From Camelus dromedarius (lineage: Eukaryota): a DNA stretch of 64,000 nucleotides. The stretch spans positions 73,534,001-73,598,000 of the forward strand of contig NC_087436.1 of NCBI RefSeq assembly GCF_036321535.1, read 5' to 3'. This document shows, piece after piece, positions 26,905 to 41,107 of this stretch (position 1 is the first letter of the stretch; each line of letters starts with the position of its first letter). The notes beneath the pieces were generated by a model. It searched no databases. It had not been told where the DNA came from and worked only from the letters and a program-made list of their open reading frames with translations. Both the position numbers and the translations under genes were made by a program.

Positions 26905-28810
26905 TGTAAATTTTTTATTGATATGAAATATTTCAAGCATACAGAAAACAATAGGAAATAGCATAACAAACCCTTGTGTACCTACCATCCAATTCTTTTA
27001 AATAAAGTATCCTTCTGAACATAATTTCACAACTTCTGTTTTTTATTCAGCATTATCTTTTTGAGATTTATCCATGTTGGTACATGTTGCTCTAGTTTAT
27101 TCATTTTAAGCATGATATTTTATTCTGGGGTGTGAATATACTATAATCTGTTATTTTCTTGTTGAGTTGATAGGCTTTATACGTTTTTGCTAATATAAAC
27201 TGTTAAAGTGACTAGTCTTTATGTATCTACTTGTGTATTAAGTTTCTCTACATTATATACCCAGAAATAGAATAATACTTTTTTCATCTTTACCAGGTAT
27301 TGTCTGGTATGCTCTCTTGAATGGTTTTATCAGCCTATACTCCATCAACAATGTTTTCAAGTTCCTGTTTTTCACATCTTGTCAATTCTTGCTTGCCAGT
27401 TTGATGGGCAGGAGACGGTATCTCACTGACCTCATTTCACTTCTTAAATTAATGAGATTAAGCATATTTTCATGGATGAGGTCACTGTCTGTTTTTGTTT
27501 GCTTATCTTTCACCCTTCTGAATTACCTTCTTGCCCATTTTTGTGTAAGAACTTTTTTCCTTTTCTAGTTGATGACTGGGAGTTCTTTATATATTCTGGG
27601 TACTAATCATTTGTTGATTATACATATTTCAGTTATCTTCTTTTGGTTTCTTAGTCTGTTTCTAGTGTTTTTATTAAAGTTTAACATTTTAATATTATCA
27701 CATGCTTTTTTTTTTAAATGGTTTATGCTTTTGTGTCTTATTTACAGAATCTTTCTCTACCTCAAGGGCATAGAGGGTTTCCATCACTTTCTTATATTAA
27801 AGGCTTTGAAAATTTGTCTTTTATATTAGTAGGGATTTTGCATTTGAATTATATTCTAAGATTTGTGATCAATTTTCCATATGTGTACAGGTCTGTTTCT
27901 AAGTTCTATTCTGTTCCATTAGTTCACTTGTCTAGTTCTACACTAAAACCACACACTTTTAATTACTAAAGCATCATAATAATCTATTAGAATATAGGAA
28001 AAAATTTCCTATCTTGGCCATCTTCAGAATTGTCTTACACTTCTTTTCCTTTTGTTTTTCATTTGAATGAAACTTACTTGCTAGTCAAATTATCTGAAAA
28101 ATTCCAGTTGGGATTTTAATTAGAAATATATTGAGTTAAAAAAAAAAAAAAGAAATATATTGAGTTTAAAAATTAAGGAGGATTGTCATTGACATTTTCT
28201 ACCCATGAACCCAGGCATATCTTTTAATCTATTAAGGTCTTCTTTTATGTATTTCATTAATATTTTATAATTTTGAACACAGAGTTGTATACATTTTTTA
28301 TTAGATTCATTTGTACGCATCTTACACTTTTTGTTACATATAAATGGGATCTCTTTCTATTACATTTTCAAATTGATAACTACTTGATTTTTGTATAATG
28401 GTCTTATATCTAACCACCTTATTAAACCATTAGTTCTAATTGGACTTTGTGTTGATAATGTTATTTTCTACAAATAAGAATAATCTTTTTTCTTTCTTTA
28501 ATTCTCATACCACTTTTCTTCTTTGTCTTATTGCACTGGTTAGAGTCCTTAGTACAGTGTTGAATTTTTTTTCTTATTTATTTTAATGGAGGTACTGGGG
28601 GTTGAACCCAGGATCTCATGCATACTAAGCATGTACTCTATCACTGACCTATACCTGGACTCAGTGTTAAATAGTTTCTGACTTTAATGAGAATGTTTAT
28701 GTTTCACATTTAAGTCTGATTTTTGCTAAGAGTTTTTATCATGAATGAGTCTTGCATTTTATAATCATTTTTTCTACATCTATGGAAATTATCAGATTAT
28801 TCTCCCTTAA
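26905..28810 (-). mobile_element. Old L1 remnant nested in L2
   Basis: T-rich antisense L1 3'UTR/ORF2-like sequence (ttgagatttatccatgttgg...; gtctgtttctaagttctattctgttccatt). Confidence 0.65.
28566..28660 (-). mobile_element. vic-1-like SINE
   Basis: aatggaggtactgggggttgaacccagga...actctatcactgacctatacc; TSD cagtgtt(g/a)aat. Confidence 0.85.
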
Positions 28811-30837
28811 TCTAAGAGGGCTTTTTCTTTAAAATGGAAGAGACTGTAACCAGTGTAAGCAAGCAGAGAGGGGGCAGAGGTTTGAAATGAGAGAAACAGA
28901 AGACAATCAGTCAGTGCTACATAATACCTGAAAAAGGAGGAAGAAACAGAATCCAGAGTAGAGGTAAGGATTGGCTTTTAAAATAGGAGAAGCGTATCTT
29001 CCATTATAACAGAGGATGGCACGGTTGAAGATTCAGGTCCTTTTTTGGATTTTGTGATAGGGAGTTGAGTTGAAAGAGGAAGACGCAGTTGAGAATTATA
29101 GAGAAGACTGAAAATAGTCTTTTGGAGAATAGGAGATTTGTTGACTATTGTAATTAGGAAGATTCCCAGGCAAGGATAAAGGCCCCATTGAGGGTGTTCA
29201 CCATGATTTTATAGCAGTGCAGACTACTTGATTATCTGTCCCCTTTTCCCCCCAATATTCAGCTACCCAATTACAGATGTAGGGGGTAAAAGGCCAGGCA
29301 GGCAGTTTTTGATGGGATTGTGCCTTTTCCACTGTCTATGGAAAGACAGACAAGAGAGGTTAGCAAATTATAAGGTGGAAGAAATGAAGATCTATATGTG
29401 CTAAAGCTAGATAAGGAAGGAAGTCAAGACAGAACAGTTTTCTAAAAAGAAGACATTGATGGGTTAAAAGTCTCAGGGAAACTAGAACAGATATGTTGAG
29501 AATATTTGAGCTGGAAAGATAGGAGGTTTCAGTGCTAGAGTAAGAATTATCTCTGAAGATGAGGCCAAGGGACTGAGGGGTCCAGGTATTGGATGAGTTG
29601 TCATTGAAATTGAAATCAAGAGTGACAGCAGAACATGAAGAAAGGAAAAAGACTTTGAGTGAAATGCCATTGTTTTCGGTGAGCAAAGAGTAGTGACCGT
29701 GAATTTGCTATGTAACTGCAATGAGGAGTTGTAAAATAGATGGTACAGCCAGATGGCCTGAGCCTCAGTGGAACAGGAGATTTTTATGAGAGGATCGATG
29801 ATCTCTGGAAAGTACTCTGGGCTGAGAGGATCATTAACATTACAGAGTAAAGTAGCTTCTTTAAAGAAAAGGAACATTTCATAAAGTAATTGAGGGTATA
29901 GTAGGTTTTATTAACCAATGTTTGGGAGTTTGAGGTAGCATCATAAAATAGTTTGAAAGGGGATTAAGTAGGGAGAGGAAGCACAAAGCATTCTAAGATG
30001 AGAAAATGGGAAAGCATAGATGAGCAGAAGGTGCACATTTTTAAAGGTGACCAAAGAAAATGGGATTCTAAGGCAAGGTGAGAGTGGTTAAAGGTTGCGG
30101 AGTGAATTCTGGATCCTTCATGGTTGCTGAAACAAGTTCCAATGGCTTCTTTTCATTGATAGTGGCCCTCAAGGCTCTAGAATTCACTTTGCACACTGGA
30201 AGGAAGGCCTGCTAGTTACAGTGAGGGCTTTGAAATTCTGTTTTCTCCAGCGCCTTCAGATGGTCCTAATGGCAGATCTTACATAATGGAGATTTATGGT
30301 CCTGCATAAAAGACAGATAGATAGAGTGGTTTCTGCTTATGAGGGTGGAATCCACATGGTTCAGGAATATGAGATAAGGAAGCCTCTAATCTGGAGAAAT
30401 CAATTAAATCAAATTCTTAAAAAATGTTTAATATGTACAACTTAAACATTTTAAGTTAAACGTTACACATTTTTTAATTTATTTGCTAATCTTTTGGTTT
30501 AAGGCCAGATCTTTTCTTTGAATATGGGTCTGCTGATTGGAGTCTTTTCATCATCTTTCTTGAATACATCACACCTATAATATATCACAGGATTTGCATT
30601 TTGGTTTCCTTGAAATGGAGTGCAGGATCTTTCTGGGGTTTCGCAGTTACTTCCCTTATTTTTTAGACTTGTATTATCCATGCGTAACAATAGCTGTTCA
30701 TAATGATTTGATTTCATTGAGTTTTGCCAGATGTAAAGGTAGTTCTCATAAAAATAGCTCTGTTGTCATACTTACATTTTGGTAGTTTACATAATAGTTA
30801 ATTAATAACTAGTACAAATTTCTGAACAATAGTCATT

Positions 30838-32015
30838 TACTCTTAGGTACAATACAAAAAGCATGACCCATGAAAGAGAAAATTGGTATGTGGGACATCA
30901 CTAAACAAATTTTCTCTGCAAAAGACACTTCAGAGAATAAAAAGATAAATTACAGACTGGAAGAAAATATTTACAAAACACATCTGAAAAAGGGCTTGTA
31001 GCCAAAATATACAAAGAACTCTTAAAGTATAAGTAAATAAAAAACCCAATTTAAAAATAGGCAAAAGATCTGAACAGACATATCACCAAAGAAGATATAC
31101 AGATGGCAAATAGCATATGAAAAGGTAGCATCATATATCATTAGGAAAATGCAAATTAGAATAATGAGATACCACTACACACCTATTAGGTAAAAAATCC
31201 AGAACACTGACAACACCAAAAGCAAGCTAGAATGTGGAGCTACAGGAACTGTCATGCATTGCTAGTGGGAATGCTAAATGATACAACCAGTTTGAAAGAC
31301 AGTTCAGCAGTTTCTTATCAAGCTAAACATACTCTTAACATACAGCCCAACAATCACACTCCTTGATATTTACCCAAATGAGTGGAAAAGTTATATCCAC
31401 ACAAAATCCTGCACACGAATGTTTATAGCAGCTTTATTCATAATTGCCAAAACTTGGAAGCAACCAAGGTGTCCTCCAGTAGGTGAATGGATAAACTGTA
31501 GTACATCCAGACAGTAGAATATCATTCAATGATGAAAAGTTATCAAGCCACAAAAAGTCATGAAGGAACTTTAAATGCATATTGCTAAGTGAAATACGTC
31601 AGTCTGGAGAGACTACATACTCTGTGGTTCCAACTCTACGATATCTGGAAAAGGCAAAACCTTATAGACAATAAAAAGATCAAGGGTTGCCAAGGATATG
31701 GAGATGGGAAGAAAGAGGAATGAATAGGTGAAACACAAGATCTTTAGAACAATAAAACTATTCTGTATGATACATGAAATTATACACACAGTGAAACGTA
31801 TAAAACTGTACAAGACAAAGAATGAACCCTAATGTCAACATGGACTTAATAATGTATCAGTATTCATTTGTCAGTCTACAAATGTACCACATTGATGCTA
31901 AATATAGTAATAGTGAAACCTGGGAGGGAGAGAGTATATCAGAATTCCCTTTATTTTTTGCTAGGTTTTTCTGTAAACCTAAAGCTAGTCTGAAAAAGTA
32001 TTAATTTTTAAAAAG
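30838..32015 (+). mobile_element. L1 (L1MC-like) ORF2 end plus 3'UTR, sense to USO1
   Basis: aatgagataccactacacacctattag; atgtttatagcagctttattcataattgccaaaacttggaagcaacc; A-rich end. Confidence 0.85.
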
Positions 32016-32916
32016 CAATTGATTCTTATAAGAACACAGCTCAACTAGTAGATGCAAAGGGGTGGGTATACCACGCAGAGGAACCTACCAACTGTGAGCA
32101 TCCAGCATGAGTCATATGTTTCACAAGGAAGTGGAGCTCATTGGTTAAACTAGCAGCTGGTAAACCAGATAAAGTGGAGATCATGTTGAAGACCTTTAGC
32201 TGTGATAATAATAGAAGCTGTAGTATTAAGCAACCCTGGAGAGTGGTATGTTGTACACAGAGAAGAAGGAAAAGCATGAAAGAGTGGAGAATAGGAACTC
32301 TGAACAATAGGAAGCCTGAAGAGTGGCCCAACATCTATAAGGAAAGGAGGGAGTAGTTAGTGTTCTTAAAAAAAAACAAGAGAAGAGGAAGTTTCAAGGA
32401 AGAGACATAGCAACAGCAGTATCAAGTGCTTCTTAGAGATTAAATAAGATATGATTGAGTCATTCAACAAATATTGAGTAGTGACCTACCATGTGAACAC
32501 CTGATCTCTTGTCTCTATCTCTGCTGAGGATGCAGAGGTAAGTAGGACATTCACTCATTCCTGTCTTCACAAATTATAATCTAGTGTACAAGATACTACA
32601 TAATCGTGAAAATAGCAGGCTACTGTGAGAGCATGTAGCTGGTGATCCTAACCTAGTCATTGGGTCTTGCTAATCATTCCTGAAGAAATGACATGTGAGC
32701 TGGATTTGAAGGGAAAAATGTGAGTTACTAAAATAAGTGGATAGTTGAAAATAGAAGTCAAGAGGTCATTGGGAGACCTGAGAAAGAGCAGGCTGTCTGC
32801 CTTACATACTGAAGAGATGCTCAGCATGGAGATTTATCTTTTTTAAATGCTTGGGGATTGAATTTTCCTTCAGGTCTTGTCAGCCTTAACTTTTCCATTT
32901 TACATTCTTTCCCCAG

Positions 32917-33095
32917 GTATAGTAGTAGAAGATTGTCTGATTTTGCTCCAAAACTTGTTAAAAAACAACAATTCCAATCAAAATTTTTTTAAAGAAGGCT
33001 CATATATTCAACGTATGAAACCTTGGTTTGAAGTTGGAGATGAAAATTCTGGCTGGTCTGCACAGAAAGTGACTAATCTGCACCTAATGCTACAG
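32917..33095 (+). CDS. USO1: USO1 exon 9 (GIVVEDCLILLQNLLKNNNSNQNFFKEG...NLHLMLQ)
   Basis: ccccag|GT ATA...CAG|gtatat; 179 nt. Confidence 0.97.
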
Positions 33096-33978
33096 GTATA
33101 TTGTCCTTAAATGGAAATGTGATAAGAATTTTGACAGTGATGATTTCAAAGAAAAGAAAATGGCTTATGTTTGATAAATCCATTATCTTCGGTTGGTTTC
33201 ATATGGACTTAAAAAAAAAAAAGCTTTTGATACGGAGATTTGCAGTTACACTCAGAGATAGAGATCCCCCCACATACACATCACTCAGCTTCAGTAATTA
33301 TTGACATCTGGCAATTTTGTTCATCTTTTATTCCCCTCTCTTGCTTTGTTGAATTATTTCAAAGCAGATCCAAACATAGAATTTCCTGATGGGTTTTATG
33401 CTAGAAACTAATAGGTTAGGTTGTTGATTGGAATTTCTAAAGTCTACCTTCTTCAATTAAGGATCCTATACCATAAATTTTAATATTCAGACTATTAAGT
33501 TCAACAAATAAATTCATTCATTAAACATTTACTGAGAGCCAGGCACTACATGCTTGGAAATGAATGATAATGTCCGTGCCCCCAAAGATTAATAGTCTTG
33601 AGTTTTTAAGTCCAATACAAGTTAAATTGACAAATCATGTGTAGTTTTATTTAAGCTTTATGATGAAAGTTTGATGGTGATAGATAATAAAAGTAAAGAC
33701 AATAGGTTCCCAAATTATTTTTGTATCAGAGAAAATTATGAAGGTTTTGTAGTATTTTATTTATTCCTTTATTGAATTCCCCTTCTCCAAACCCTTAAGT
33801 TTATACTAGCCTCCTAACTTACTCTCTAGTGATTCTTGTGGGTCTCTGAATGTCCGTGAATTGTACCTGCGTCTTTGAAGTTGTGTTCCTCAAAACAGGA
33901 TGGTTAATCAGACTGGTAATTAAAATCTGCATATTGCTGCATGCTCTGGGAGTTGCCTGCATAGGGTTGATTGATAGT

Positions 33979-34083
33979 TAGGGTGACTGTATGCCCCAGT
34001 TTGCCAGGCCAGTAATTACTAATGGTGTCCTGTTTCACTTCAAAAGTGTCCCAGTTTAGATAATAAATCATATAGTTACCCTA
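33979..34083 (+). mobile_element. MER94-like hAT-Blackjack non-autonomous DNA transposon
   Basis: terminal inverted repeats TAGGGTGAC ... GTTACCCTA; internal tttcacttcaaaagtgtcccagttt. Confidence 0.75.
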
Positions 34084-35565
34084 ATTAGAATATGCCTAAA
34101 AACTGTTAGGAAAATTTTTCATAGGAGAACATAGGGAGAATCTTTCTGTTTATACTCCCAACTTCACTGTTTCTATTTTCACATGTCAGTTTTACACATT
34201 TCAAGGCTGTTAGTTTTTTATGTTTTAAAATAGTGTCCCAAGTGGTAAGCTGGATATCTTTGCTCAACACCACTTTCTTAATAAAAGAAATTCTTCTAGA
34301 AAAGTAATTTTCAAAATGTGATTAGAGAGAATAAAGGGATCTGATCATATACAAAATACATACATATTTTCTGCCAGGGTGAAAATTTAAACTACTTAAG
34401 GAGCTTACTCATGTTTTATAACTTAGGATACTATGTAAAGAATTATTTTTGAAGAAAGTGTTGCTTGTTAAAAGGTAAAGTACTATTTTACCAAAAAAAA
34501 AAAAAATTGGATAGAGTGTTGCATATAAACAGAAAAATACAGTATTCTGGTTATGTATTAAGTTAGTTCTTTAAGTATTCTTTACTTTTAGAAACTGAAT
34601 AGACTAGATTCTAATCTTGAAGCACATAAACTTCAAAATGAAGAAAGTTTAATTCACTTTGATATATTCTCCACCTCAAAGATTGAGTGGTTCATGTATT
34701 CATGGCTTCACCGGCCACAGGTTATCTTCTGCTTTTCAACCTATTAGGGTGCTCTTTCTTGATAGCTTTATTTAGGGTTGCTTGTATTTCAAGTTGTCTA
34801 TTATGCACAAAATGAAAATACATCAAAAATGATGATAAACAATCCTATTTAAGTAGATACGTCTTAGTTGGAATTATTCATCATCACAGATATAATAATG
34901 ATGGAATTCTCTGCCACTAAAAATTGAATTGATCTGCTTGAGGATCGTCCATTCAAAGTTTGCAGAGTAAATTTGAGGAAAGCATCTTCTTGAAAAAATT
35001 TTTAGTTGTAAAACATTTAAATTTTTTCCTGAAATATAGTTTTATGACTAGTTCTACCTATAGGAATCCTTCTATGCCATTTTTTGTCAGATAGGACCAA
35101 TGACTCTTAGAAAGCCCATTACCTTATGAGAGAATCCTTTTCATTGGTAGTTCTAATTATTAAAAATTTAATCCATATAATGAGTCAGAATGTACCTTGA
35201 TATAACATATACAAACTTCCCCTCATTTTGCCCTCTGGAAAAATAAAGGTCTATTCCATATTTGAGTGTTGCTATTAGATCTTCACTTATTTTCTTATCC
35301 ATATAAGTCTTATCCATTATAATAAATGCCTTTACCTCTTTCTTCAACCATCCATCCTACTTTTATCTTGAAATTTGTTAATTCCTTTTTCTTTATTTAC
35401 ATCATCAAAGCAGATATCCAACTGCTATTAGATGATGTTAAGGAATTACTGTTGATTTTGTTAGATATAATAATGGCATGGTGGTTATGTTTTTTAAAGT
35501 ATTAGTTAGGCATATAGAAATATTTATGGGAGAAGTGACACATAGCTTGGTATTTGCATTAAATA

Positions 35566-37876
35566 CAGGCATACCTCATTTTATTGTGCTTCACAGATAA
35601 TTGCATTTTTTACAGATTGAAGATTTATGGCAACCTTCTGCTGAGCAATTCTATCAGCACCATTTTCCAACAATATTTGCTCACTTCACTTGGGTCTCTG
35701 TCACATTTTGGTAATTCTTGCAGTATTTCAGACCTTTTCATTATTATATTTGTTATGGTGTTCTATGATCAATGATCTTTGATGTAACTATTGTAATTAT
35801 TTTGAAGCACCACGAACAATGGCCACATAATTGATAAATGTGTGTGTTCTAACCACTTCACTAACTGACCATTCCCCCATCTCCCGCTCCTCAGGCCTTC
35901 CTGTTCCCTGAGACAGGACAGTATTGAAATTAGGCCAGTTAACCAGTGGCCTCTTAAGTGTTGAAGTGAAAGGAAGAGTCACATGTCTCTCACTTTAAAT
36001 CAAAAGCTAGAAATGATTAAGCCTAGTGATGAATGCATGTTAAAAGCCAAAAGCTAGGCCTCTTGCACCAGTTAGCCAAGTTGTGAATGCAGAGGAAAAG
36101 TTCTTGAAGGAAATTATGTAAGTGCCACTCCAGTGAACACACGAATGTGAAACAGCCTTATGGCTGATACGGAGAAAGTTTTTGTAGTCTGGATAGATGA
36201 TCAGACAAACTACAACATTCCCGTAAGTCAAAGCCTAATCCAGAGCAAGGCTCTAACTCTCTTCAATTCTGTGAAGGTTGAGAGAGGTGAGGAAGCTGCA
36301 GATAGAAAGTTTGAAGCTAGCAGAGGTTGGTTCATCAGGTTTAAGGAAAAAAGCCATCTTCATAACGTAAAAATACAAGGTGAAGCAGCGAGTGCTGATG
36401 TAGAAACTGCAGCAAGTTCTCCAGAAGATCTAGCTAAGATCATTAATGAAGGTGGCAACACTAAACAACAGATTTTCAGTGTAGATGAAACAGCCTTTTA
36501 TTGGAAGAAGACTCCATCTAGGACTTTTGTAGCTAGAGAGAAGTCAGAGAGAAGTCAACACCTGGCTTCAAAGCTTTAAAGGACAGGCTGACTCTCTTGT
36601 TAGGGCTAAAGCAGCTGGCAACTTTAATTTAAAGCCAGTGCTCATTTACCGTTCCAGAAATCCTATAGCTCTTAAGAATTACATACTAAATCTTCCCTGC
36701 CAGTACTCTACAAATGGAACAACAAAGCTTAGATGACAGCACATCTTGTCAACATGGTTTACTGAAAATTTTAAGTCCACTGTTGAGACCTACTGCTCAG
36801 AAAAAAAGATTCTTTTCAAAATATTACTACTCACTGACAGTGTACCTGGTCACCCAAGAGCTCTGATGGAAATGTACATAGAGATTAACATTATTTTCAT
36901 GACTGCTAATATAACCTCCATTGTGCAGCCCGTGGATCAAGGAGTCATTTTGACTTTCAGATCTTCTTATATAAGAAATACATTTCATAAGACTATAACT
37001 GCTATAGATAGTGATTCCTCTGATGGACCTGGGCAACTGGAAACCTTCTGGAAAAGATTCACCGTTCTAGATGCCATGAAGAACATTTGTGACTCATGGA
37101 AAGAGGTCAAAATATAAAAATTAACAGGAGTTTGAAAGAAGTTGATTCCAACCCTCATGGATGACTTTGAGGGGTTCAAGATTTCAGTGGCAGAAGTAAC
37201 TGCAGATGTGGTGAAAATAGCAAGAGAGTTTGAAATGGAGCCTAGAGATGTGACAGAATTGCTACAATCTTATGGTAAAACTTCAATGAATTAGGAGTTG
37301 CTTCTTATGGATGATCAGAGAAAGTGCTTTCTTCACATGGAATCAACTCCTGGTGAAGATGCTGTGAAGACTGTTGAAATGGCAACAAAGGATATTGCAA
37401 AAACTTAGTTGATAAAGCACTGCCAGAATTTGAGAGGATTGATACCAATTTTGAAAGAAGTTCTGCTGTGGGAAAATGCTATCAAGCAGCATAGCATGCT
37501 ACAGAGAAATCATGAAAAAAAAAAAGAAAACTAATGCAGTAAATTTTATTATTGTTTTATTTTAAGAAGTTGCCACAGCCATGTCAACCTTCAGCAACCC
37601 CCACCCTCATCGGTCAGCAGCCATCAGCGAAGACTCCACCATTGAAAAGATTGTGACTCACTGAAAGCTCAGATGATGGTCAGCCTTTTTTAAGCAATAT
37701 TTTTTAACTAAGGTATATCCATTGTTTTTTAGACACACATAATAGACTACAGTATAGTGTAAACATAACTTTTATATACACTGGAAAACTAGAAGGTTCA
37801 TGTGAACTTGCTTTATTGCGATACTTGCTTAATTGTGGTCTGGAAGAGAACCCTCATTATCTCTGAAGTATGCCTG
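35566..37876 (+). mobile_element. Tigger1 (pogo/Tc1-mariner) near full length, 2311 bp, transposase decayed
   Basis: TA|CAGGCATACCTC ... GAAGTATGCCTG|TA TIRs with TA TSD; ORF pieces with CENP-B-like HTH ([12 protein letters not shown]) and DDE motifs ([21 protein letters not shown]). Confidence 0.93.
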
Positions 37877-39112
37877 TATTTTTTAAAAAGTAGGAATAGG
37901 AGGGTAATAAATTTTAAAAACAAACAAAAAAAACCCCAAAAACCACTGAAGTCTTAACTAGGAAGATCCAAGAACAGGAACTAATGTGTAGTCCTAAAGC
38001 CTCTCTCCTGTGATATCAGTTATTAGTCAGGTCTCTTTGAGAATGTCTGTTAAGCCAGATGTGGAAACATTAACTATTCTAATCCTTCATAATTCACTGA
38101 TTTAACTACTAATTGAATTTTTCACAAATTGTGGTTATTACTGGTCACCTTTTTATTCACCAACAATAAAAATAGCACTTTTCTTGCCTGAATTTTATTT
38201 TTTATGTTTTTTCTCTCCAACAAAATAAGTCCCCTACTTGGTGAAGTCATTATCTATAATATGCACCGGCTACAGTAATAAAATTGTTTCAGTCTCCTCT
38301 TGTATCTCCTCTTTAGTCTTCTCTTATAGTGTTGATTACCCCTGCATAGTTACTATAAAATAATGGGTAACATTTATATAGCACTTTTCATTAATGTGCT
38401 AATGTGTAATAAATAGACCATTTGATCTTGATATACAAGGTTTTGTACATGCATATACATATAAACTAGTTTTAAAATGTAAGATAATGTGTATATAAAA
38501 TTATTCTGAAGATGTAACTGTGCTGAACACTTGTTTGGAATGACATTTTTCACATCTCTGAAATTTTATGTTTAGGGTCAAACTTCTCATAGCATCTTAG
38601 AGATTGAATTAGCATTCAACAACTGTCAACAAGGCCAACCTCTTGCCTACCATGTCTCCAGTTCTTTTTAGCCTCTCTTTAAATATTTCCAGTTTAGGGG
38701 AAGTTTTATCACACCTCAGGCCATTCTGTTTTCAGTCCTGCTCTGTGATTAGGTCGTTCATCCTTACTTCCGTAAGAAATCTACCACCCTGTTACTTCAT
38801 TCATTCATTCATTCATTCATTTGTTGATTATGGACTGTGTTACAAGTACCCTGCTTGGTTTTTGGGGTACAAAAATAACTGAGGAAGTTTCTACTGTGGG
38901 AGTTCACAATCCTGAAGGAGATAAGCAAATAGCATAATGTGGTATGTACAGGAACAGAACTATGGCCAGGAGAGAATGAAGGAAACAGCTCCTAGATCTG
39001 GCTGAATGATGAGGGAATCCTCCACATAGATCTTCTGCCCATATAGATCAAGTTTGTCTTGAGACTTTCCAGATCTTTAAAAGACAGATTTTGTGTTCTG
39101 TTTCTCTCGCAG

Positions 39113-39253
39113 CTTGTTCGTGTACTGGTATCTCCCAACAACCCTCCTGGTGCTACCAGTAGCTGCCAGAAAGCTATGTTCCAGTGTGGCTTACTACAGC
39201 AGCTCTGCACTATCCTCATGGCCACTGGCGTTCCTGCTGATATCCTGACTGAG
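39113..39253 (+). CDS. USO1: USO1 exon 10 (LVRVLVSPNNPPGATSSCQKAMFQCG...PADILTE)
   Basis: tcgcag|CTT...GAG|gtaaac; 141 nt. Confidence 0.97.
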
Positions 39254-41107
39254 GTAAACCAAATGAAGGCAGAGGCTACTCTGTGAAGGTGAAATCAGGA
39301 GGCCTAGGAAGAATTAGATATCAGCTGAAGGAAAAACAGTAACTTAACCATTCTTGTATGTTAAATTCCTTACTGATCCTACTAAAGTATAATTAGCATA
39401 ATGATGACAGTGTCAATTCCAAAAGGTGTATTGGTTCCTCAAGTTTAATAGTAGATAAATAATGTTAAAGCTTAGAAGGTTTCTTACTAATTTTATTGTA
39501 TTCAACAGGCGTGTGCAGTATAATTTACATTTTTAATTTTGAGAACAGGATGACTTGATCAAGTAAGACTTGAGTGTTAATTATTTGTAGAATAATAAAT
39601 TCTTTTTCCTTGATGTATGGCATTTTCTGTTTCCTACCTATTAAGAAAAAGAAGTTAGTTTGAAGAAACAAAAGGTTTCTTTAAATTTTTTTTCTCAAAT
39701 TAACACATGCACATTAAAAGCACAGTTAATAAAAGTTTTGTTATGAGAATGGCTGTCTTCAGACTCCCTCCTCCCTACCTTAAGTCCCATTTCCCCTCCC
39801 CCGTATAACCCTCCCACTTTACTTCCTCCTGTCAACCCAGTAATTTACATTTAAATCAATAATCAGGGTTTATAGTTTTATGACTATATAAATACTGTTT
39901 CCTGCTAAGCCAAACAGAGCCTTAAATCTTTTTTTATATCACTTTTTCTTTCCTGAGTTATAGAAGTATTCTTTTTTCATTTTACTGATTTTCTGTGTAT
40001 CTATGCGTATTCATACTATCTCATGCTTAACACATTGTTCCCCCTCCCAGACCTTCTTCTGGAAGCCCTCATCCTCCTGCTCCAATATTGGCTGGTTATT
40101 CTGTACTTCTGCCACACAGCTCTTACCCTGAACTTTCCTTTGCCATCGTCCTAGGATCCTTTTACCTCTCTCTCCTTGGTTATCTGGATTCTCTGTCTTT
40201 TTCTCCCACCCTTGGGTTCAGATTTTATTTTACGTAGCCTTCTTGAAAAGGGGTAAATGGCAAGATAATTTGTTTTTAGTTCTTTCATGTCATTCCTTCA
40301 CCTTCAGAATTAACTAATGTTTAGTTAGATATGGAATTCAGAATTGGAAATCATTAATGCTCAACTTTCAGAACATTATTCCAGTGTTAATGTTAAGAAA
40401 TCTGAAGCCATTTTGAATCTTAATCCATTTTATGTAACCTGCTTTTTCTCTAGAATCTTTTGGGATCCTTTCTTTGTTTCTAATTTTCTGAAATTTCCTG
40501 ATGATAGGCTGTACTACAGACCCCACCCACACCCCTAATAATTTCTGGCACTCACTGGGCCCTGTCAAGCCAGAGACATATGTGCTTCAGTTCTAAGGAT
40601 GTTTTATGTGTTCCTTGACAATTTCTTCTTTTCTGTTCCGTTTTTGCAAGTCTATTATTAGATTATTGGAGTTTCTGGACCCAGTTTGTCTTTTTATTAT
40701 TTTTTTTTTTAGAGATTTTTTCCAACTTCATCCTTAAATTGAATTTTTAATTTATTACATTTTAAATTTGTTCTCTGATTTTATTTTTAAGCATCTTTTT
40801 CTTCTTTTGTAAAAATAGATTCTGTCTCTTAGAGGATATTAATTTTGGGTTTTTGAGATTTTAAATGCATATGGTCAAGTGTTCTTTTTACACTTAATGT
40901 TTGGAGGCCTATGCTTAATGTTTTGAAATGTTACCTCAAGAAAATGTTACAAGGGTATAATGCTGTCACTGATTTTATATGATGTCTAAGTTTGGGCATT
41001 TTAAAGGAAAAAGCAGAAGAATATAACATTTTCTTCTTTTGAAAACAGGTTTTTTTTCCTTTGACTGACTTTCTCTAAATTTTCTACCCCACCTCCTCCC
41101 ATTACAG

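Larger units (their letters stand above)
26130..29950 (-). mobile_element. Long L2 remnant interrupted by younger insertions (L1 about 26905-28810, SINE, L1 tail)
   Basis: purine-rich + strand; minus ORF 29360..29686 has LDFNFNDNSSNTW, resembling the L2 endonuclease GDFN motif. Confidence 0.55.

Noticed and set aside
32883..32890. GCCTTAAC as the branch point of a second U12 intron
   Set aside because: The donor is GTATAGTA, not RTATCCTT; the motif is 26 nt from the AG with a normal pyrimidine tract, so U2-type.
36160..37117. Domesticated TIGD-like transposase gene
   Set aside because: Frameshifts and stops split the ORF, and it sits inside TIR-bounded Tigger1.
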